Below, one piece after another: positions 1 to 7,232 of a stretch of DNA of 24,000 nucleotides; the stretch's first letter is position 1, and each line of letters starts with the position of its first letter. The translations under genes were made by a program, and so were the position numbers. This stretch comes from Arthrobacter sp. (GTDB lineage Bacteria > Actinomycetota > Actinomycetes > Actinomycetales > Micrococcaceae): assembly GCA_031277795.1 (NCBI GenBank), contig JAITLQ010000015.1, forward strand, positions 193,667 to 217,666, in the 5' to 3' direction. The notes below the pieces were generated by a model, which had not been told where the DNA came from, did not search any database, and saw only the letters and a program-made list of their open reading frames with translations.

Positions 1-2
1 GC

Positions 3-122
3 GAGGTCACGAACGAGTTCATCGATCGCCTCGAGGCCAAGGGCATCCCCACCACGCTGCGTGACACGCGCGGCAAGGAGATCGACGGCGCGTGCGGCCA
101 GCTGGCCGCCGCCAACGACTGA
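3..122 (+). CDS. 3' end (40 codons) of an unidentified protein-coding gene entering from the left edge
   Basis: This frame is open from the window edge to TGA at 120-122, with GC-rich third positions (...[39 protein letters not shown]). It is too short for me to assign a family. Confidence 0.5.
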   Translation, partial: EVTNEFIDRLEAKGIPTTLRDTRGKEIDGACGQLAAAND

Positions 123-139
123 TCTTTTCGGTGCTCGAC

Positions 140-170
140 GGCGCCCGCTCACCTCGCGTGGGCGGGCGCC
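140..170 (+). terminator. GC-rich hairpin 18 nt downstream of the truncated CDS (candidate terminator without U-tract)
   Basis: GGCGCCCGC (140-148) is the exact reverse complement of GCGGGCGCC (162-170), with a 13-nt loop. No T-run follows, so function is uncertain. Confidence 0.3.
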
Positions 171-210
171 GTTGCGTCGCGGGCCCGGGTGCGGCGCCTC
201 GGGGTCGGTG

Positions 211-312
211 CCCCGCGCCCCGGGGTGCCGCCGCCCTGAGCCGGGTGCCGCCGGGGGCGCTGGCTCCGGCGCCCCGAGCCCCGCGCCCCGGGGTGCCGCC
301 GCCCTGAGCCGG
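211..312. repeat. Perfect 34-bp direct repeat, two copies, period 68 bp
   Basis: CCCCGCGCCCCGGGGTGCCGCCGCCCTGAGCCGG occurs at 211-244 and again at 279-312. A GGTGCCGCCG core also recurs at 244-253. Confidence 0.9.
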
Positions 313-341
313 TGCATGCGGGCGCGCTGGCGCTCGGCATC

Positions 342-432
342 TGGTCCGCGAATGGCTCGGGGTTCGGAAGTGGTCCGCATGTGGCTCACCTCGTAGAGCC
401 ACATGCGGACCAGATGAGCCATCGGCGGACCG
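342..432. repeat. Four copies of a 17-bp motif arranged as two direct then two inverted copies (nested inverted repeat / long hairpin)
   Basis: The four copies are a TGGTCCGCGAATGGCTC (342-358), b TGGTCCGCATGTGGCTC (371-387), c GAGCCACATGCGGACCA (396-412) and d GAGCCATCGGCGGACCG (416-432). Copies b and c are perfect reverse complements (17-bp stem, 8-nt loop). Copies a and d are complementary at 14/17. Confidence 0.85.
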
Positions 433-486
433 GAACTCGCCTCTGGTCGGCTCGGCCCGGGCACCTCCGCCCGGCGGCCGGGAATA

Positions 487-504
487 GATACCCCTAGGGG
501 TATC
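487..504. promoter_or_regulatory. Perfect 18-bp palindrome GATACCCCTAGGGGTATC, a candidate CsoR/RicR-type operator upstream of thioredoxin
   Basis: The palindrome is read directly from the sequence, 85 bp upstream of the trx ATG. Its TACCC-N4-GGGTA core resembles operators described for CsoR-family repressors. Confidence 0.45.
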
Positions 505-588
505 GTTGAGAGCAGTGAGAAGCCCGCGGAATCCCGCGGGGAAGCGCGGACGGACGCCCGTTTCGCAGTGCAAGCCAAGGAGGGGCCC

Positions 589-987
589 ATGGCCACCATC
601 AACCTGAACCAGTCGAACTTCGACTCCGTGGTCGACCGCGACGGCATCGTCCTGGTGGACTTCTGGGCCGCGTGGTGCGGTCCGTGCCAGATGTTCGGCC
701 CCATCTTCGAGAAGGCCTCCGAGTCCCACGGGGACATCGTCTTCGCCAAGATCGACACGGAGGCGGAGCAGGCCCTCGCCGGTGCCGCCGGCATCACCTC
801 GATCCCCACGCTCATGGCCTTCCGCGACGGCGTGCTCGTCTTCAACCAGGCCGGCGCGCTGCCCGGCCCGGCCCTGGACGACCTGATCGGCCAGGTGCGC
901 GCCCTCGACATGGTGGACATTAAGCGCCAGATCGCCGAGGCCAAGGCCGCCGCCGAGGCCGGCGAGGCGGAACCCGCCCAGGCCTGA
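589..987 (+). CDS. trxA: Thioredoxin with an Ala/Glu-rich C-terminal tail
   Basis: ATG at 589 is preceded by AAGGAGG (577-583). The WCGPC active site (FWAAWCGPCQM) and SIPTLMAF are present. The track start (GTG 568) lies upstream of the SD, so 589 is preferred. Confidence 0.93.
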   Translation: MATINLNQSNFDSVVDRDGIVLVDFWAAWCGPCQMFGPIFEKASESHGDIVFAKIDTEAEQALAGAAGITSIPTLMAFRDGVLVFNQAGALPGPALDDLIGQVRALDMVDIKRQIAEAKAAAEAGEAEPAQA

Positions 988-1166
988 GCAACGGACGGGC
1001 CCGGCGGTCCGCGCGGTCTGCCCCGGTGGTGTGCGGCAGCGCCCGCCCGGACCCGCCGCTTGAGGTCGGCCCCTGGCTCGGTGGCGTCCAGGACAGCCCG
1101 TCCGGACCCACGGCCTGGCCCGGCGGCGTCCAGCCCCGGCCCAGCGACGTGGGCCAAGATGGACCC

Positions 1167-1997
1167 ATGCCCGCCTTCTTCGAAAGCCCCGGACCCCGCG
1201 ATCCCCGCGAGGCCCGGGGCTTTCGCGATGTTGCGCCCGAAGCCGTGCTGCTCGGCGGCGCCGGCGCGGCCATCCTGTTGCAGCTCGCCGACCCGCGCGT
1301 GGGCCGGGGCGTGGCTGAGCACTCGGACTTCGCGCGCCAGCCGCTCAAGCGACTCTGGGCCACGCTCGACTACGTCTACGCCGTGGCGCTCGGCGGGCCG
1401 CGGCTGCGCGGTGCGCAGGTTGAGCACGTCTCCCGCGCCCACGACCCGGTGCACGGCGAGGCGACCGCGGGGCGGCCCGCCTACGACGCGCACGACGACG
1501 ACGCCCGGCTCTGGGTCGCCATGACGCTCGCGTGGGCGGGGACCAGAACGTGGGAGGCGGTGCTCGGCCCCTTGCCCCGCGAGGCGCAGGACCGCGTGGT
1601 GGTGGGCTACGGCTCGCTGGCCTCCTCGCTCGGCGTCCCGGCCGAGGCGTGGTTCGCCGACCGGGCGGCCTTCGACGCCGCGTTTGAACGGCGGGTGGCC
1701 GGGCTGCGGGTGAGCGAGGACGCCCTCGCCGTGTCCCGCGAACTCCTCGCGGCCAAGGCGGCCCCGCTGTGGCTGCGCGCGCTCATGCCCGCGGCACGCC
1801 TGGCGACGGCGGCCCTGCTGCCGCCGTCCGTGCGTGCGCCGTTTGGCCTCGCTTACGGGCCGGGCCGGGACCGGCTGTTCCGCGCGATCGTGCGCGGGAT
1901 GGGCGCGGTCTACCCGCGGCTCCCTGCCGGGGTGCGCCAGGCGCCTGCCTGGTGGCGGCTCGAGGTCCAGGCCCGCGGCCTGGGCCTGACCGCCTAG
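1167..1997 (+). CDS. DUF2236 / MpaB-like oxygenase family protein
   Basis: This is track ORF 1026..1997 trimmed to its first ATG (1167). The stretch LLGGAGAAILLQLADPRVGRGVAEHSDF...PLKRLWATLDYVY matches my recollection of the DUF2236 family. GC3 is strong. Confidence 0.7.
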   Translation: MPAFFESPGPRDPREARGFRDVAPEAVLLGGAGAAILLQLADPRVGRGVAEHSDFARQPLKRLWATLDYVYAVALGGPRLRGAQVEHVSRAHDPVHGEATAGRPAYDAHDDDARLWVAMTLAWAGTRTWEAVLGPLPREAQDRVVVGYGSLASSLGVPAEAWFADRAAFDAAFERRVAGLRVSEDALAVSRELLAAKAAPLWLRALMPAARLATAALLPPSVRAPFGLAYGPGRDRLFRAIVRGMGAVYPRLPAGVRQAPAWWRLEVQARGLGLTA

Positions 1998-2052
1998 GCG
2001 ACCCGGCGCCGTCGGGCACTGGGCGATGCCCGGCCCCACCGCGCGATGCCCG

Positions 2053-2133
2053 GCCACCCGCCGTCGGCCAGGATGCCCATTCCACCTGAATCCACCAGAT
2101 CCACGCGGGGACCTCCGGGGATCTGGTGGATTC
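2053..2133 (+). repeat. Intergenic element: GCCACCCGCCGTCGG flank followed by a 15-bp-stem hairpin (variant of the palindromic element family seen at 17623 and 19993)
   Basis: GCCACCCGCCGTCGG at 2053-2067 matches 17623-17637 exactly. GAATCCACCAGATCC (2088-2102) is the reverse complement of GGATCTGGTGGATTC (2119-2133), followed by GTGGGG. A further CGCCGTCGGGCAC 13-mer lies at 2007-2019. Confidence 0.55.
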
Positions 2134-2160
2134 GTGGGGCATCGTGGGCGGCGTGACAGC

Positions 2161-3381
2161 ATGGGGAGCATGCAGCTCTCGCGTCGCGGCTCGGTTCCGC
2201 CGTTCCAGGTCATGTCCATCCTGCGGCGCGTGGGCGAATTGCGGGCGCAGGGCCGGGACGTCATCTCCCTGTGCGCCGGTGAGCCCTCCGGCGGCGCTGC
2301 CCCGGCGGTCAACGAGGCGGCCGCCGCAGCCCACGCGAGCGGCGAGAGCCTCAACTACACGCCGGCCGCCGGCCTCCCCGAACTGCGCGAGGCGATCGCC
2401 GGGCACTACCGGCGCTGGTACGGCACCGAGGTGGACCCCGGGGAGGTCGTCGTCACGACGGGCGCCTCGGGCGCGTTCGTGCTCGCCTTCCTCGCCGCGT
2501 TCGAGGCAGGGGACGCCGTCGCGATCGCCCGACCCGGCTACCCCGCCTACCGCAACATCCTCACGGCGCTGGGGCTGCGGGTCGTCGAGATTCCCTGCGG
2601 CCCGGAGACGCGCTATCAGCCCACGCCGGAACTGCTCGACGCCGCGCGGCAAGAACACGGTCGTCTCGCCGGCCTGATCCTCGCCTCCCCGGCCAACCCC
2701 ACCGGCACGATGGTGAGCCGCCCCGAGCTCGAGGCGCTCACGCGGTGGTGCGCGCGCAACGACGCCCGCCTCATCAGCGACGAGATCTACCACGGCATCA
2801 CCTACCCGGAGCCGGGCGCGCCGGACCCGCTGGGCGTGAGCGCGCGCGAGCTGGGCCGGGACGCCGTCGTCGTCTCCTCCTTCTCCAAGTTCTGGGGCAT
2901 GCCCGGCTGGCGCGTGGGCTGGCTCCTCGCCCCGCCGGAGCTGGCGGGGGGGATCGAGGCGCTCGCGGGCAACGTGGCGCTGTGCCCGCCCGCGGCCGCC
3001 CAGCGCGCCGCCGTGCGCGCCTTCGACGAGGAGGCCTACGCGTTCGGGGAGGCGCAGCTCGCGCAGTTCGCGCGGACCCGCGCCGCCCTCCTGGCCCGGC
3101 TCCCCGAGCTCGGCTGGGGCGAGGCGGCCCCCGCCGACGGCGCGTTCTACCTCTATGCCCGGCTGGGGCCCGCGCTCGGTTCCTTCACGGACGCCGCGGC
3201 CTGGTGCGCCGCCCTCCTGGAGGAGGAGGGCGTGGCGCTCACGCCCGGCTCCGACTTCGACGGCGTGCTCGGAGGCGGCGCCGTGCGACTGAGCTTTGCC
3301 GCGGGCGCGGAGGCGGTGCAGGCGGCGGTGGAGCGGATCCTGGCCTTCCAGGCGCGGCACGCACCCGAGCGCGGGGCGTAG
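2161..3381 (+). CDS. Pyridoxal-phosphate-dependent aminotransferase, class I/II
   Basis: SSFSKFWGMPGWRVGW provides the PLP-lysine motif. LNYTPAAGLPELREAI, GASGAF, ARPGYPAY and ASPANPTG are typical of aspartate/aromatic-type aminotransferases. The start is taken at ATG 2161 (ATG 2170 is also possible), and the upstream part of track ORF 2026 is junk. Confidence 0.9.
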   Translation: MGSMQLSRRGSVPPFQVMSILRRVGELRAQGRDVISLCAGEPSGGAAPAVNEAAAAAHASGESLNYTPAAGLPELREAIAGHYRRWYGTEVDPGEVVVTTGASGAFVLAFLAAFEAGDAVAIARPGYPAYRNILTALGLRVVEIPCGPETRYQPTPELLDAARQEHGRLAGLILASPANPTGTMVSRPELEALTRWCARNDARLISDEIYHGITYPEPGAPDPLGVSARELGRDAVVVSSFSKFWGMPGWRVGWLLAPPELAGGIEALAGNVALCPPAAAQRAAVRAFDEEAYAFGEAQLAQFARTRAALLARLPELGWGEAAPADGAFYLYARLGPALGSFTDAAAWCAALLEEEGVALTPGSDFDGVLGGGAVRLSFAAGAEAVQAAVERILAFQARHAPERGA

Positions 3382-3393
3382 CTGCCGCGCGGC

Positions 3394-4074
3394 TCAGGCT
3401 CGGTGCGTCTCCTGGCCGCCGTAGAGTTCCTCGTCGCTCGGGGCCTTCCACCGCGACTCGTGCTTGAACTGCTCCTCCCGGCGCTTGCCCTGGGCCGAAC
3501 CCGCGAAGCGCGTGCCGTCGTACATCGCGATTACGCAGGTCAGCGCACGGTGCCCGGCCGTGAACTCCGCCGGATCCTCGACCGTGTACGGGTACATCGA
3601 GAGCCGTGACTCGTCCCACGACGTGCCGGTGAACTCGCCGAACGCCGGAACGCATTGGGCGTCGAAGAGCCCGTCCCAGCGCGACTCGTTGGACGCCGCC
3701 GGCAGGTCATCGCCGCCGATGATGCCCTGGGCCACGACCTGCCCGTCGTGCATCTCGTCGCAGTCGGTCACCTGGAAGGTCGTGTACCGCACGCCGTCGG
3801 CGATCTGCACGCAGGAGCCCACGGGGATCTCGCCCGGGCGCACCCACGCGTCCCGCAGGGGAGGGGCGGGGGAGGGGATGGGGGTGATGGTTGGCGCGGT
3901 GCTCGACGGCGCGGCGTCACCGGTGCTCGACGGCGTGCCCTGGGGCGCCGGGGCGCCCCAGGGCACGACCACGCACGCGCTGAGGCCGAGCGCGCAGGCC
4001 AGGGCCAGCGACACGGAGGCCGTCGTCCTGCGGGCGGCCCTGACGACATCGAACGCGGCGCGCGAGCGGGGCAT
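3394..4074 (-). CDS. Lipoprotein with a septum-formation-type Cys/His domain
   Basis: ATG at 4074 has AGGAGA upstream. The signal peptide ends in the lipobox LGLSAC, followed by a Pro/Ser/Thr linker. The repeated pattern C...V.DC...H.G.V and ...C...H..LTCV resembles the septum-formation family. Confidence 0.75.
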   Translation of the reverse strand: MPRSRAAFDVVRAARRTTASVSLALACALGLSACVVVPWGAPAPQGTPSSTGDAAPSSTAPTITPIPSPAPPLRDAWVRPGEIPVGSCVQIADGVRYTTFQVTDCDEMHDGQVVAQGIIGGDDLPAASNESRWDGLFDAQCVPAFGEFTGTSWDESRLSMYPYTVEDPAEFTAGHRALTCVIAMYDGTRFAGSAQGKRREEQFKHESRWKAPSDEELYGGQETHRA

Positions 4075-4239
4075 GAGGTCTCCTGATCGGGATGCGAGTG
4101 ACACCCGATGGTCGCATGCGCGCCCGCCTCCGCGCCGCGCGCCACGGCGTGCGGGCTAGCCGTGCCCATGACGGATGTCATGCCGAGGTCGTGACACCCC
4201 CGGGATCCGCACGGGCCGCGGCGGCGGCAGGCTGGAGCC

Positions 4240-5151
4240 ATGAACACAAGCACAGCACCCGCCGTCGAGCTCACCGACCTGGTGAAGACCTTCAAGCGCG
4301 GCACCGTCCGCGCGGTGAACGGCGTTGACCTCACCATCCGGCGCGGCGAGATCGTGGCCTTCCTCGGCCCCAACGGGGCGGGCAAGACCACCACGATCGA
4401 CATGGCGCTGGGGCTCACGACCCCCACGAGCGGCACCGCCACCGTGTTCGGCGACAACCCCCGCAAGGCGGCCGCCAGCGGGCGCCTCTCCGCCGTGCTG
4501 CAGACCGGCGGCCTGCTACACGACGTCACGGTCCAGGAGATCGTCAACGTCACCGCCAACTTCCACTCGCTCCCCCGGGCACGCGTGGCCCAGGTGATGG
4601 AGGCAGCGGACCTCACCGAGCTGGCCCGCCGCAAGGTCGGCAAGTGCTCCGGCGGCGAGCAGCAACGCGTGAAGTTCGCGATGGCGATCCTCTCCGACCC
4701 GGATGTGCTGGTGCTGGACGAACCGACCGCAGGCATGGACGTCAACGCCCGCCGCCGCTTCTGGGACGTCATGCGCGCCGAAGCCGATGCCGGGCGCACC
4801 ATCCTCTTCGCCACGCACTACCTGGAGGAGGCGGAGCAGTTCGCCCGCCGCACCGTGGTGATGTCCCACGGAGAGGTTGTGGCCGACGCCCCGACGCAGG
4901 AGCTGCGCGCCTCGCTCGGGGGTCGCGTGCTGCACGCGAGCCTCCCGGCCGGTGCCCCCGATCAAGCGTGGGCCGCGCTCCAAAGCCTCCCGGGCGTCGT
5001 CGAGCCCTTCCGGGACGGCAACCGGGTCTCGGTGCGCAGCACTGACTCCGACGCCACGGCGCTGACCCTGCTGACCACCCTGGCCTGCACCGATCTGGAG
5101 ATCGTTGCCCCCACCCTCGAGACCGCCTTCGCGGCACTGACCCAGGACTGA
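4240..5151 (+). CDS. ABC transporter ATP-binding protein (ABC-2 / drug-exporter type)
   Basis: Walker A GPNGAGKTT, signature CSGGEQQR and Walker B VLVLDEPT are present, along with a H-loop region. Confidence 0.95.
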   Translation: MNTSTAPAVELTDLVKTFKRGTVRAVNGVDLTIRRGEIVAFLGPNGAGKTTTIDMALGLTTPTSGTATVFGDNPRKAAASGRLSAVLQTGGLLHDVTVQEIVNVTANFHSLPRARVAQVMEAADLTELARRKVGKCSGGEQQRVKFAMAILSDPDVLVLDEPTAGMDVNARRRFWDVMRAEADAGRTILFATHYLEEAEQFARRTVVMSHGEVVADAPTQELRASLGGRVLHASLPAGAPDQAWAALQSLPGVVEPFRDGNRVSVRSTDSDATALTLLTTLACTDLEIVAPTLETAFAALTQD

Positions 5152-5154
5152 GCC

Positions 5155-5910
5155 ATGACCTTCTCACCGACCTTCTTCCGCGTGGAACTGGTGCGCCAGG
5201 CCCGCAATCCCTTCACCCTCATCTTCACGCTCTTCATGCCCGTGGTGATGTATCTGATCTTCGGGGCCACCCCGGAGTACTCCGACATCATGGCCGGACG
5301 CGGCAACGTGGCCTTCACGGTCATGACGTCCATGGCCGCCTTCGGCACGGCCACGGCGATGACCTCGCTGACCTCGCTGGCCGCCTCCGAGTTCACGAGG
5401 GGGTGGGGCAGGCAGTTGGCGCTCACGCCCCTCACCGTGGCCGGCTACGCCCTGACGAAGGTCCTCGTCGCGCTGTCCTACGCGGCGTTCTCGGTGCTGG
5501 TGGTCTTCCTCGTGGGTGCGGCAACGGGGGCCAAGCCAACCGAGGGGTGGGTCTGGCTCGCCGCGGCCGGGCTGATCCTGCTGGGTGGGTGCATGTTCGG
5601 ACTCTTCGGCCTCGGCATGGGCATGATCTTCTCCTCCGAGGGTGCCTCCGGCCTGGCGTCGATCATGATCACCTTCTTCTCCTTCTTCGGCAATGTGTTC
5701 ATGCCGCTCTCCGGGGTGATGCTCTCCATCGCCAAGTTCACGCCGATGTACGGCTACAACGCCTTGGCCCGCTGGCCCCAGCTCGAGGGCGCCATCGACG
5801 CCACCGCGCCGGATCCGCTCTGGGCCATCCTGCTCAACGTCGTCGCCTGGACCGTGGTCTTTGCCGGGCTCGTGGCGCTGGGTGCCCGCCGGGTGCGGGC
5901 GCGCCAGTAG
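5155..5910 (+). CDS. ABC-2 type transporter permease
   Basis: The gene starts 3 nt after the ATPase stop. The 251-aa product has about six hydrophobic segments, the typical partner arrangement. Confidence 0.85.
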   Translation: MTFSPTFFRVELVRQARNPFTLIFTLFMPVVMYLIFGATPEYSDIMAGRGNVAFTVMTSMAAFGTATAMTSLTSLAASEFTRGWGRQLALTPLTVAGYALTKVLVALSYAAFSVLVVFLVGAATGAKPTEGWVWLAAAGLILLGGCMFGLFGLGMGMIFSSEGASGLASIMITFFSFFGNVFMPLSGVMLSIAKFTPMYGYNALARWPQLEGAIDATAPDPLWAILLNVVAWTVVFAGLVALGARRVRARQ

Positions 5911-5926
5911 GGGCACGGATACGCTC

Positions 5927-7087
5927 ATGCGCATGGAGACGGAGCGAGCGGGAAGCAACGGGAGCGCGCTTCCCGTGGTGGGAGCGCAGCGAGCCGCCAG
6001 GCGGCGGGCCAAGGGGAACCCCAACCCCTGGGCCCGCTTCGCGTGGGTCATGGCCGCGGTGTGGCTGATCTTCCTGTACTACCCGATCGTGGCGATCCTC
6101 GCCTCCACGGCGGGGGAGGCCGCGCAGATCCTGGCCTGGGTGGGGCTGGGCGGCTTCGTGATCCTGTACCTGCTCATGTTCCGCCTCGGCCTGGATCAGG
6201 GAGTCGCAGGGGCGTGCGGGGTGCGCCCGCGGCAGTACGTGCTGCTGGGCGTCCTGGTCGCGGCGATCCTGGCGACGGTGCCGGCGATCGGCTTCGACGT
6301 GGCCGGCTTCTTCCCCTTCCTCGTCTCCGCGCTGGCCTACCAGTTCAGGAGGTGGCTGTACTGGTCCGTCAGCGTCATCACGGTCGCCGTGGTCCTGACG
6401 GCAATGTTCACGCAGCCGGACGGCGGCTCCTACGTGGCGCTGCTTGGCATCCTGGTGATCCTCATCCTCGTCAACTTCGTCTCCACGTGGCTCATCGCGC
6501 GCTCGGTCGACGCCGACCGGCTCAGCCTCGAACTGGCCACGAGCGAGGAGCGGGAGTCGGTGGCGCGCGACGTCCACGACCTGATCGGCCACTCCCTGAC
6601 GGTGGTGAAGCTCAAGGCGCAGTTGGCGCGTCGGCTCGTGGAGAGCGATCCGGAGCGGGCGCGGGCCGAGCTCGAGGACATCGAGCGCATTACCGGCGAG
6701 GCCATCCAGGGCGTGCGGGCCACGGTGACCGGCCTGCGTTCGGAGGGGCTGGCGGCGCAGCTGGAGTCGGCGCGGACCGCGCTCCAAGCGGCGGGCGTGC
6801 GGCTCGAGGTGCGCGGGGAGACCACCGCGCTCTCCCCGGCACAGTCGCTGCCGGCGGGATGGATCCTGCGCGAGGCCGTCACCAACGTGCTGCGCCACGC
6901 CAACGCGAGCGCCGTCACGGTGACGCTGAGGCCGGGGGAATTGGTCGTGGAGGACGACGGCGTGGGGCCAGGCGGGAAGGCCGGGAACGGGCAGCGCGGG
7001 ATGGCGGAGCGCGCCGCCGTCTCCGGGGGATCCTGCGCCGTGGGCGCCTCCTCGCTGGGCGGGACCAAGGTGGAGGTGACGTGGTGA
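5927..7087 (+). CDS. Sensor histidine kinase, HisKA_3 (DesK/LiaS/NarX-like) class
   Basis: Hydrophobic N-terminal segments are followed by the H-box ARDVHDLIGHSL and the ATPase motifs EAVTNVLRHA, VEDDGVG and GNGQRGMAERA. The start is set at ATG 5927, after the permease stop at 5910. Confidence 0.9.
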   Translation: MRMETERAGSNGSALPVVGAQRAARRRAKGNPNPWARFAWVMAAVWLIFLYYPIVAILASTAGEAAQILAWVGLGGFVILYLLMFRLGLDQGVAGACGVRPRQYVLLGVLVAAILATVPAIGFDVAGFFPFLVSALAYQFRRWLYWSVSVITVAVVLTAMFTQPDGGSYVALLGILVILILVNFVSTWLIARSVDADRLSLELATSEERESVARDVHDLIGHSLTVVKLKAQLARRLVESDPERARAELEDIERITGEAIQGVRATVTGLRSEGLAAQLESARTALQAAGVRLEVRGETTALSPAQSLPAGWILREAVTNVLRHANASAVTVTLRPGELVVEDDGVGPGGKAGNGQRGMAERAAVSGGSCAVGASSLGGTKVEVTW

Positions 7088-7111
7088 GGCGCGGGGCCGT
7101 CGCGATGCTGC

Positions 7112-7166
7112 CCACGCGGTTCGTTGACTTCCACGCGATGCGTGCGGGAGAGAACGAACCGCGTGG
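7112..7166 (+). other. 14-bp-stem hairpin in the unusual 145-bp kinase-regulator spacer
   Basis: CCACGCGGTTCGTT (7112-7125) is the reverse complement of AACGAACCGCGTGG (7153-7166). The 27-nt loop carries the palindrome CACGC-GAT-GCGTG (7132-7144). Confidence 0.6.
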
Positions 7167-7232
7167 CTTCGGCAGCAACGGGCTGGGCCCACATGGGCTG
7201 GGCGGGAACAAGAGCACTGACGGAGGTACACG

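Noticed and set aside
19-729. 236-aa minus-strand ORF covering the trx upstream region and the trx 5' end
   Set aside because: The translation is Arg/Pro/Gly/Ala low-complexity. The ORF runs antisense to a clear thioredoxin gene and through repeat-rich intergenic DNA. This is a typical high-GC artefact.
988-1166. Repeated GGCGTCCAG 9-mers (about 1083 and 1124) and short GC hairpins between trx and the DUF2236 gene
   Set aside because: The matches are short and GC-rich, within chance expectation. There is no convincing stem-loop plus U-tract terminator or extended symmetry.
1783-3360. 525-aa minus-strand ORF antisense to the aminotransferase
   Set aside because: It has no recognisable motifs and an extreme Arg/Gly/Pro/Ala composition. 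The opposite strand encodes a textbook PLP aminotransferase with strong GC3 bias.
4098-4199. 9-mer GTGACACCC repeated at 4098-4106 and 4191-4199 upstream of the ABC operon, considered as possible response-regulator sites
   Set aside because: By my rough estimate, a single 9-nt match within a 165-bp region is close to chance expectation at this composition. The match has no further symmetry or conserved flanks.
4580-4587. Related palindromes with other spacings inside coding DNA: CACGCGTG at 4580-4587, CACGCGCGTG at 11930-11939, CACGC-T-GCGTG at 53-63 and CACGCGG-AAG-CCGCGTG at 7924-7940
   Set aside because: They have different spacer lengths and lie inside genes. They are probably compositional (CG-rich codons) and were not counted with the three intergenic CACGC-N3-GCGTG sites.
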